A stretch of 64,000 bases of DNA from Bacillota bacterium (GTDB lineage: Bacteria > Vulcanimicrobiota > JAJTBE01), in contig JAJTBE010000196.1 of assembly GCA_021287065.1 (NCBI GenBank), positions 2,539 to 66,538 of the forward strand, given 5' to 3'. This document shows, in pieces, positions 56,948 to 64,000 of this stretch. The translations under genes and the position numbers were made by a program. Under the pieces are notes generated by a model, which saw only the letters and a program-made list of their open reading frames with translations, searched no databases and was not told the DNA's origin. How positions within the stretch are numbered: the first letter of the stretch is position 1; each line of letters opens with the position of its first letter.

Positions 56948-58189
56948 TTAACCGCCCGGATCATCTATATGATTTTCAAGATAGTGTGGTTCCTCGGAGC
57001 CTTTAGCCCAGTCGATTTCGAAAGCTTTATCGAAAGCGCTGTTGACTTTTTTATCAAGAACTTCCACATCCGCTTCACGGTTGACTTTGAATCCGGCATT
57101 TGTCCAGTTGGCGCTGCCAAGGATAACCTGATCATCATCAAACACACCGATTTTTGCGTGGAGTTTGTTTTCGGTTGCCTTATCGGGGACATACCATCTT
57201 ACGGGAACTCCGGCATCTTTAAGCTGGGCGGCGGCTTTTTCGTTTACCGCAAAATCCTTGATTTTGAGGGGATTAAGGAGAATTCTTACATCAAGGCCTC
57301 TCTTATGGGCATCAATGAGATTCTCAACGGTTTCTCTCTGTGAAAGGCAGAAAAGTTCGCAGTGGATTGATTTCTTAGCATTTCTGATAGCTCTGTTTAC
57401 GCTCATGCCGATGGTCTGGTCATTTCTGTCAAGGCTGCTGTTGATGAGCTGAACTGCTGAATTTCCCTCAGGATGTGCAGGGGTCTTGTCGATCCAGGGA
57501 AGATCTTTCTGTTCGCCGCCGGATGTAAGCCAGTCTTTGCGGAACATCCATTCCATATTGTCAACTGCAGGACCTTCAACCATAACATCAACATCGCGGT
57601 TGTTGGGTGAATGCTGGCCCCAGTTCATTCCGCCGATAATCGCCTTGTTTCCGTCAACAATCATCATCTTTACATGGTCGATCTGGCCGAATTTTGATTC
57701 GGGGGAGTTAGCTTCCTTTACAGGATAAAGAAGAACATCTACGCCGTTTTTGCGTAATTTTTCAATGGCTTTGCCTTTTTCAGCTTCCATAGGCAATTCG
57801 TTGGGAGGATCCATAATAATCTGGACTTTAACGCCGTTTTTTGCGTCCTGTATGAGAAGATCCACCAAATCTTTTTTATCGAGGCTGAACATTTCGATCT
57901 GGATAGATTTTTTGGCTCCTCTGACAAGGTCCTCGATATTTTTGAAGATATCGCTGGCACTATCACCCTTACTTATTGAGCCGTCCATAAGGGGAGTTAC
58001 TTTGTTGCCGGTGGAAAAATATCTGCGTGAACTTTCCGGGATTTTATCCCAGTTTACATTATCCGACGAGCTTTTTTCAAAACCATCCTTAACACTCTGC
58101 TGATTTTCGCCTCTGGCAGAGGGTTTGGTTTTTGCTTTGCTCTGTACGGGAGCTGCATCGTTTGCTCTTATGCCGTTTATTCTGTCCAT
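56948..58189 (-). CDS. Phospholipase D superfamily protein (two HKD motifs) with an MDRIN N-terminus
   Basis: Start set at MDRINGIRAND, preceded by AGGGAGGA. HVKMMIVDG and LHAKIGVFDDDQVILGSANWT. Confidence 0.7.
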   Translation of the reverse strand: MDRINGIRANDAAPVQSKAKTKPSARGENQQSVKDGFEKSSSDNVNWDKIPESSRRYFSTGNKVTPLMDGSISKGDSASDIFKNIEDLVRGAKKSIQIEMFSLDKKDLVDLLIQDAKNGVKVQIIMDPPNELPMEAEKGKAIEKLRKNGVDVLLYPVKEANSPESKFGQIDHVKMMIVDGNKAIIGGMNWGQHSPNNRDVDVMVEGPAVDNMEWMFRKDWLTSGGEQKDLPWIDKTPAHPEGNSAVQLINSSLDRNDQTIGMSVNRAIRNAKKSIHCELFCLSQRETVENLIDAHKRGLDVRILLNPLKIKDFAVNEKAAAQLKDAGVPVRWYVPDKATENKLHAKIGVFDDDQVILGSANWTNAGFKVNREADVEVLDKKVNSAFDKAFEIDWAKGSEEPHYLENHIDDPGG

Positions 58190-58496
58190 AATATCCTCCC
58201 TGAAGAATAAAGGGATTGTTACTTCTACCACATCCATGATTATATCACAAGTGTAAATATTTTATGTTATCAACATGTTAACATCCGGATAAAAATAGTC
58301 CTTTAGACCATATATACCAGTCTGTTTAACTGCTTCATTATTTCTATTAAACCGAGCTGTTTTACCGGATTTATTGATTGAAATCTGAAAATAACTCAGG
58401 AGCGGGCAGCCCCTAATGCTGCTGAATCAGTAATACTCTTATACTCTCCAGCAATAAAGCTCAAATCACCAGTAAACTTCATAACGGTAACAAAAC

Positions 58497-58842
58497 GCCG
58501 GCGACTGCCGGATCGCAGGCGTCCCGCCTGTCCCCCGGTTAAACAATCTCGTTTTCTATCCTCAATCTCCAAAATGGATATACAACTCCAGCAATAGGGG
58601 CGGTAATAATTATAGAGTTGGCAAGCATTCGGGGGGATCGCGGTATGAGTTTGCGTCGCGGGCGGACCTGCGGGTCCGCGTCGCGGTTGGAAACCGCTCC
58701 TACAATCCCTTGTCAAGCTTGTGGTTATGGGGGTTACTGGCGGTTGGCGGGTGGTTTTGGGAACCGGGGGACAGGCGGGGACGCCTGCGATCCGGCAGTC
58801 GCTGGCTGAGCTTGTGGTTATGGGGGTTACTGGCGGTTGGCG
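58497..58842. repeat. Composite repeat region: 44-nt inverted repeats (58497-58540 vs 58762-58806) flanking 221 bp, plus two identical 34-nt direct repeats (58716-58749 and 58809-58842)
   Basis: Seen directly. gccggcgactgccggatcgcaggcgtcccgcctgtcccccggtt is the reverse complement (one indel) of aaccgggggacaggcggggacgcctgcgatccggcagtcgctggc. agcttgtggttatgggggttactggcggttggcg occurs twice. Confidence 0.75.
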
Positions 58843-58857
58843 TTTTTTTTTGGGATC

Positions 58858-59025
58858 CGGGGGACCAAAGGACCGACCGGGGACTATGGGGATTTGGGGA
58901 CCGTCAGAGTGAACCACGCTTTTTTGGAAAAGCGAGGTCTCCTCCGAACCTCCCTCCTTGAAAAACAGGAGTATGAGGTTGAGGTTTTAAGTGAATTTTA
59001 CTAATTCAGTGGCATTGGGGTTCAG
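58858..59025. repeat. Dispersed intergenic repeat element, copy 3 (core only), followed by an A-rich low-complexity tract
   Basis: Aligns to the cores of copies 1 and 2. Downstream at 59030-59120 there are repeated c/aaaaa motifs. Confidence 0.8.
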
Positions 59026-59127
59026 GGGAATCTTTTTTTTTAAAAAGTTCCCCCTGAAAAACGGCCTCTCCGAAAAAAACGGTCTTCCAAAAAAGCTCCC
59101 CCAAAAATAATCCCAACAAAAAGCGGA

Positions 59128-61587
59128 TTATATAAACAGGTTTACATTTGCCTGGCTTGCTCTTTCCAGATATGTGGCAACTCCGCCTTCTTCAATATCA
59201 TCAATGAGTTCGGATTTTTTGATTCCCATAATCTCCATTGTCATTGTGCAGGCTATGAGTTTAATTCCCTGTTCTCTGGCGCTTTCGATTAACGCATCAA
59301 GGCTTTCAACATTTTTATTTTCCATTACATACTTCATCATTGAAGTTCCCAGACCGCCAAAATGCATTTTTGAAAGGGCGAGCTGATCCGGACCTTTGGG
59401 CATCATGCTGCCAAACATTGTGGAAAGAAGATCTTTCTTTTCCTTCGGGGCATCTTTTTTCTTGAGAACGTTCAAGCCCCAGAATGTGAAGAACATATTG
59501 ACCTTGCTGCCGATGGATGCTGCTCCGTTGGCAATGATGAATGAAGCTAGAGCGCGGTCGAGATCATCGCTGAAAACGATAATCGTAATCTCTTTTCCGT
59601 CAGGACTTTTCAGAACCATATCTGAAGCGGCGGCAGATCCTTTTCTGATGATTGCGGTATATGTACCCTTATCACTTTCAATGGAAACAAGTTCGTTTCC
59701 GGTAGCCATACACCAGGATTTGGCATCTGTGGGGAATCCTGAATCGGAGGCGCAAATCTTAATAGTATCGCCGATGTTGATTTCGTCCATTTTTGCCTTT
59801 AATTTCATAATGGGTCCGGGACATTGAATTCCACAGGCGTTAATCTCATGTTCCACTTTTATTTCTCCTTTTGGTGCTGAATCGGAGGATTCGATACTTT
59901 TGTTGAGGCAAGCCTGAACAAGTGCTTTTCCTGCCTGTTTTTTTGCAGCATCGTAGGTTTTCCATCCACCGCTGAGGTTTTTGGTTTTAAACCCGTGCTG
60001 GTTGAGAATTCTGCAGGCGACATAACTTCTCTGTCCGGAAGCACACATTACTATATAAGTTTTTGATTTATCAAGGGTATTGAGTTTGTTTCTGATTTCA
60101 TCCACGGGAATATTGATGGATCCCGGTATTGTGCCTGAAAGTCTTACTTCAGCTTTCCCTCTGACATCAAGAATGACATTCTTTTCATAATCAAGACAGT
60201 CAACTTCGTCCCAGCGGATAACATCCACATATTTTCTGAGAATATTGCCTGCAACAAAACCTGCCATATTGACGGGATCTTTTGCAGATGAGAAAGGCGG
60301 GGCGTAAGCAAGTTCAAGTTCTTCGAGATCAAACACTGTCATGCCGGATCTTATTGCTGTGGCAAAAACATCTATTCTCTTATCAACTCCATCAATACCT
60401 ACTATCTGTGCTCCGAAAAGCTTTCCGGATCCTGGATCAAATGTGATTTTAACTGCCATCATTGTTGAACCGGGATAATAGGAAGCATGGGAAGACGCAT
60501 GGTTGTAAGAAGCCAGATAAGGGATATTATTTCTTTTCAGGTTCTTTTCGTTCATACCAGTTGCAGCAACCACCAGATCAAAAACCTTGACTATGGAAGT
60601 TCCCTGAGTTCCCTTATAAACCGAATTTCCACCAAGAGCATTTTCCGCTGCGATTCTGCCCTGTTTGTTTGCCGGTCCTGCAAGGGGTATGAGGGTCTGA
60701 GCGCCTGATATGTAATCTTTTACTTCAACCACATCGCCTACTGCAAAAATATCGGGGTTGGAAGTTCTCATGTGTTCGTCGGTTTTAATCCCACCGAGTT
60801 TTCCGATTTCGAGACCTGCATTTTTTGCCAACTGGATTTCCGGTCTGACACCAATGGAGAGGATAACCATATCACAGGGGATCTCAGTTCCGCCCTGTGT
60901 TGTTACATAAGTTTTCTTTCCTCTTTTTTCAAACGATTTAACCCCGTCGCCAAGATGGAGATTAACTCCCTTATCCACAAGGTGGGTCTGAACGAGTGAA
61001 GCCATCTCAACATCGATGGGCGCCATAACCTGTTCAAGCATTTCGACAACAGTAACTTTAACATCCCTGGTTATGAGGTTTTCAGCCATTTCCAGACCTA
61101 TGAAGCCTCCGCCTACGATAACAGCTTCCTCTATTTGCTTTTTATCGATGACAGTTTTAATTTCATCCATATCCGGAATATTTCTCAATGAATAGATTGA
61201 ATCAAGGCTTATTCCGTGAAGGGGCGGTTTTAACGGTGCAGCGCCGGGTGAAAGAATGAGCTTATCATATTCTTCGGTATAGAGTTTATGATTTTTCAGA
61301 TCTTTTACTTCTATAATCTTGTTTTCCGGGTCTATGGAAATCACTTCACAGTGGTTTCTCACATCAATTCCGAATCTGGTTCTAAGTGCTTCCGGAGTGG
61401 TAACAAGAAGATCGGATCTGTCCTTAATCTCCAGACCAATATGATAGGGCAGGCCGCAGTTGGCAAAAGAGATAAATTCTCCCTTTTCAAAAACAATTAT
61501 TTCAGCATTTTCATCAAGTCTTCTGGCTCTTGCGGCAGCACTTGCTCCACCGGCAACTCCGCCAACTATACAAATTTTTGTCGGCAT
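59128..61587 (-). CDS. Four-domain persulfide/CoA-disulfide reductase: CoADR-like flavoprotein + rhodanese + TusA-like + DsrE-like
   Basis: Start set at MPTKICIVGGVAGG, preceded by AAGGAGA. SFANCGLPYH active site. Rhodanese CASGQRS. TusA-like CPGP. C-terminal DsrE-like ITIIVFSDD...FFTFWGL...LIACTMTM. Confidence 0.75.
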   Translation of the reverse strand: MPTKICIVGGVAGGASAAARARRLDENAEIIVFEKGEFISFANCGLPYHIGLEIKDRSDLLVTTPEALRTRFGIDVRNHCEVISIDPENKIIEVKDLKNHKLYTEEYDKLILSPGAAPLKPPLHGISLDSIYSLRNIPDMDEIKTVIDKKQIEEAVIVGGGFIGLEMAENLITRDVKVTVVEMLEQVMAPIDVEMASLVQTHLVDKGVNLHLGDGVKSFEKRGKKTYVTTQGGTEIPCDMVILSIGVRPEIQLAKNAGLEIGKLGGIKTDEHMRTSNPDIFAVGDVVEVKDYISGAQTLIPLAGPANKQGRIAAENALGGNSVYKGTQGTSIVKVFDLVVAATGMNEKNLKRNNIPYLASYNHASSHASYYPGSTMMAVKITFDPGSGKLFGAQIVGIDGVDKRIDVFATAIRSGMTVFDLEELELAYAPPFSSAKDPVNMAGFVAGNILRKYVDVIRWDEVDCLDYEKNVILDVRGKAEVRLSGTIPGSINIPVDEIRNKLNTLDKSKTYIVMCASGQRSYVACRILNQHGFKTKNLSGGWKTYDAAKKQAGKALVQACLNKSIESSDSAPKGEIKVEHEINACGIQCPGPIMKLKAKMDEINIGDTIKICASDSGFPTDAKSWCMATGNELVSIESDKGTYTAIIRKGSAAASDMVLKSPDGKEITIIVFSDDLDRALASFIIANGAASIGSKVNMFFTFWGLNVLKKKDAPKEKKDLLSTMFGSMMPKGPDQLALSKMHFGGLGTSMMKYVMENKNVESLDALIESAREQGIKLIACTMTMEIMGIKKSELIDDIEEGGVATYLERASQANVNLFI

Positions 61588-61683
61588 TAAATCATCTCCT
61601 TTGCATTGTTTCACATAGAACAACATAAAATAAGTGGAGGGTGTTCCCTCCACTTATATATATTTTAACCAATATTCAATTGA

Positions 61684-63084
61684 TTAGCTTTTTCTGGGTG
61701 ATCCGTCGGGCCATACCTTGGGTCCTTTTTTGGTAGGATCAAATTTTACGCCCAGGCTTTCAACAGCTTCGTCCCACTTTGAATCTTTGGCAAATGCCAG
61801 TTCTTTATAGTCGGGACCAAGTGATGATGTTGTGGGTGCAAAAATGTGGAGACCCTTTGAATTGGGATGCTGCTGAGGATTGACCTCATTGGCAAATACC
61901 GCTTCTTCAAATGCTTTCACAGTTTCCTGTGCAGCTTTCTTCAGGTTGTCATCTTTGGTTGTGTCGATGATGTTTGTTGAAAGCTGATGGAGGTCTCTCA
62001 TATCTCTGTAAGGATCCCATCCGCCGCCGTAATTTTCGGCATTGGCGATAGCCTGTTTTACGGTGTCTTTGTCGCTGGTTTTGATAACAGCATCAGCAAG
62101 ACCGTCAACAGCATCCTTAAGCTGATCCATCTTTGTAAGATCGGTGGCTGAGAATGTAGGAATATCGTTGTTGTGTTCTGCATTGACATCAACGATGATT
62201 TTTGCAAATTCTCTGGGTGTAACATCAACTTTGTAAAGATTGCTCTGAACTCTGTTGAGAGCTTCGCCCATTGTTCTTCCGCCGAGCATTGAGTTGTATG
62301 TCCAGCCTGCGCCGCCTTCACTTTCTTCTGAAGCGAGAAGGATCTTTGCGGTGTTTCTGTGTTCATAGGCAACTTCTGTGCTGGCCATAAGGCATGCATC
62401 GTATCCGATAATGTCGATATCTTTGCCTGTTTCAGCTTTAACTTTTTTGAGAGCTGCATCGATCTCAGGAAGTTTGCCGAATTTGCCATCGGTTTCGTCT
62501 GACATTGCGCCGGTCCATCCGCCGCCATGGTCGTTGAAGATAACAGCAATATGATCAGCGGGGAATTTCTTAACTGCATCGGAGATGAGTTTGAACATTG
62601 TGTCGCCGCTTGACATATCCACATGCTGTCCGTGATCAGCGATAACTTCGGAATTGAGCTGGCCCATCTTGTCGTCTTTTGTGACATAGAGGGTGCGGCA
62701 GCCTGACCATGAAATTGTGTTGGGATCTGTAGGAGGAGTCTGTGATTCTCCTTCTTCACCGGGTCCTTTTTTGCCGAATCCGATAGGTGCCGGTTTGGGA
62801 CCTACATCGATGATTGCAGCAATATGGGTGTTTGCATCTGAACCGATCATTTCCATCTGGTCAACATTGCCGACCTGGAACTGGGTGAGGTTGCAGTCTG
62901 CAGCGATAAAGTTGAGAACGAGCCATTTTTTATGGGGTTTAATAGCTCCATCTTCGCTTTTTCCACCGAGATCCACTTTGTCAGCCGGGGGCTGATTTGT
63001 AGCTTCAGCTTCTTTTTTGGGAGCGGCGGGGCCTGCTCCTGAGAGGTAAGTCTGATTAAGTCTTACATCATTAATTCTGTCCAT
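61684..63084 (-). CDS. Clostripain-like (C11) cysteine peptidase with an MDRIN N-terminus
   Basis: Start MDRINDVRLN, preceded by AAGGAGGAG. Catalytic His/Cys context VIFNDHGGGW ... IIGYDACLMAS. Confidence 0.6.
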   Translation of the reverse strand: MDRINDVRLNQTYLSGAGPAAPKKEAEATNQPPADKVDLGGKSEDGAIKPHKKWLVLNFIAADCNLTQFQVGNVDQMEMIGSDANTHIAAIIDVGPKPAPIGFGKKGPGEEGESQTPPTDPNTISWSGCRTLYVTKDDKMGQLNSEVIADHGQHVDMSSGDTMFKLISDAVKKFPADHIAVIFNDHGGGWTGAMSDETDGKFGKLPEIDAALKKVKAETGKDIDIIGYDACLMASTEVAYEHRNTAKILLASEESEGGAGWTYNSMLGGRTMGEALNRVQSNLYKVDVTPREFAKIIVDVNAEHNNDIPTFSATDLTKMDQLKDAVDGLADAVIKTSDKDTVKQAIANAENYGGGWDPYRDMRDLHQLSTNIIDTTKDDNLKKAAQETVKAFEEAVFANEVNPQQHPNSKGLHIFAPTTSSLGPDYKELAFAKDSKWDEAVESLGVKFDPTKKGPKVWPDGSPRKS

Positions 63085-63189
63085 TTAGTCTCCTCCTTGA
63101 GTCTGATTTCTCAATTCTTATTTCAGGGATAATTTGGTTTTACAGAGCCAAATCCTCCCCGGGAATTATTAAAAATATGTTAACTAATC

Positions 63190-63618
63190 TCAATATTCCT
63201 CAACTCTTGGCGTCGGAACCGTCCAACCTGCAGGTCTTTCCGGTCTCGAATCCATAACTCCCAGCAGTGCTGAAAGTCTTCTGATATTACGCTCAAGAGA
63301 TCCGTCACATGCAGAGGCGTTTTTGCGCATTTCCGAGAGAAGCTCTTTAAGCTCATCTTTTTTCTGAGCAAAATTCTGCTCATTAATCTGTGAAAGCGCC
63401 GCCTGCATCTGAGGCAGTTTTTTCTGAACTTCCTGAGAATTTTCAACCCGACGGTTTGCCTTTCTCAGGGCGTCGTCCTTTTCCCGGTTGTGAATCCAGC
63501 GTTCCTTTTCAACCTCGTGGTTTCCGTAATGATACTCATACTTGCCGTTCTGATAGTTGTAACCGTAATGATATTCGTATTCAGTGGTGGTATACTTTTC
63601 CTTTACCTCGTCGGGCAT
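63190..63618 (-). CDS. Hypothetical Tyr/His-repeat protein
   Basis: YEYHYGYNYQNGKYEYHYGNH repeats, then a charged helical region. Confidence 0.4.
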   Translation of the reverse strand: MPDEVKEKYTTTEYEYHYGYNYQNGKYEYHYGNHEVEKERWIHNREKDDALRKANRRVENSQEVQKKLPQMQAALSQINEQNFAQKKDELKELLSEMRKNASACDGSLERNIRRLSALLGVMDSRPERPAGWTVPTPRVEEY

Positions 63619-63637
63619 TGCTTTGGCTCTTTTAAGC

Positions 63638-64000
63638 TACCTTTCGGAATCATCCGCAGCATGCTTTGCAAGTTCGGGAGTTTTTCCGGATATCTTACCA
63701 TTCTTCTCTGCATATTCCGGGAATGAAAACCGGTATTTGTCGTATTCGGTCTGGTTTTCAACCCGTTTTTTTGCATCGGGAAGATCGGCAGTAGTTTTTA
63801 TGTCCTGATCGAGAGTTTCCCCAAAATCTCCGCCTTTAAGCCTGTATTCTACGGTTTTTCCTTCCTGTAGAGTCTGAAGGGCTTTGTATGAAGAGATTTT
63901 TCCCGGGACTACCTGTTCGTTGTTGTAGAGGTTGTCGGACAGACCTTTAAGGGATTCGAACTGATCAGCGGGAAGTATATTGTTGACGCCTCTTCCCTGA
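63638..64000 (-). CDS. Hypothetical protein, 5'-truncated by the window edge (C-terminal ~120 aa)
   Basis: Open frame on the minus strand from the window end to a TAG at 63638-63640. Not in the ORF track because its start codon lies outside the window. Confidence 0.35.

Noticed and set aside
1-64000. CRISPR arrays, tRNA/rRNA genes, transposases or integrases
   Set aside because: I scanned intergenic regions (7745-7975, 13321-13838, 20960-21420, 23035-23331, 28147-28363, 33485-33648, 34693-35056, 44373-44595, 58190-59127) and found no regularly spaced short direct repeats, no cloverleaf-compatible segments and no recombinase-like ORFs. The repeats present are the dispersed element and the 58497-58842 composite described above.

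Overview
This 64 kb window looks like it comes from a moderately AT-rich, uncultivated anaerobic bacterium. Calls rest on ORF translations and motifs only; no search was run. No rRNA, tRNA or CRISPR array was seen. Features in order: (i) 1-7744, a complete-looking group 4 membrane-bound [NiFe] hydrogenase operon of the Mbh/Mrp type: two MrpD/NuoL-like antiporter subunits, small membrane subunits, a NuoB-like small subunit with an unusually long acidic/Pro-rich tail, a NuoC-like subunit, a large subunit with intact RxCGxC and DPCxxC Ni-binding motifs, and NuoH-like and NuoI-like subunits. (ii) A minus-strand operon, 8979-13320: a zinc-ribbon Ser/Thr kinase with TPR repeats, then two PD40/beta-propeller proteins. 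(iii) The [FeFe]-hydrogenase maturases HydG and HydF (13839-16553), with a Rex-box-like palindrome upstream, then ruvC and a yebC-family regulator on the opposite strand. (iv) 17978-39910, a long accessory-like stretch: a large polytopic membrane protein, a REC-PP2C phosphatase, a pentapeptide-repeat protein, YjbQ, a GT1, tandem paralogous membrane proteins, secreted and lipoprotein hypotheticals, a GNAT, nucleotidyltransferases, and a clear homologue of protein-glutamine glutaminase (Cys-His-Asp deamidase). (v) 39996-44372, a five-gene minus-strand operon: a CoA-disulfide-reductase-like flavoprotein, a radical SAM/SPASM enzyme with a C-terminal PqqD-like (RRE-like) domain, a GT2, a DsrE/TusD-like protein and a LOG-family protein. 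This is a candidate undescribed modification or sulfur-trafficking system. (vi) 44596-54492: a 1482-aa REC-PAS-GAF hybrid histidine kinase, a second Ser/Thr kinase with TPR and WD40 repeats, TagA/WecG, a sugar nucleotidyltransferase and a CheY-like regulator. (vii) 55835-63084, a minus-strand block of three hydrolases, an NlpC/P60 peptidase, a phospholipase D and a clostripain-like C11 peptidase, that share the N-terminal pentapeptide MDRIN. They flank a four-domain CoADR-rhodanese-TusA-DsrE fusion protein. A dispersed repeat family of about 170-240 bp with conserved hairpins has three copies (21137-21380, 34710-34950, 58858-59025) plus a 27-nt fragment at 31041. The third copy sits in a 700-bp repeat-rich intergenic region with 44-nt inverted repeats and 34-nt direct repeats.
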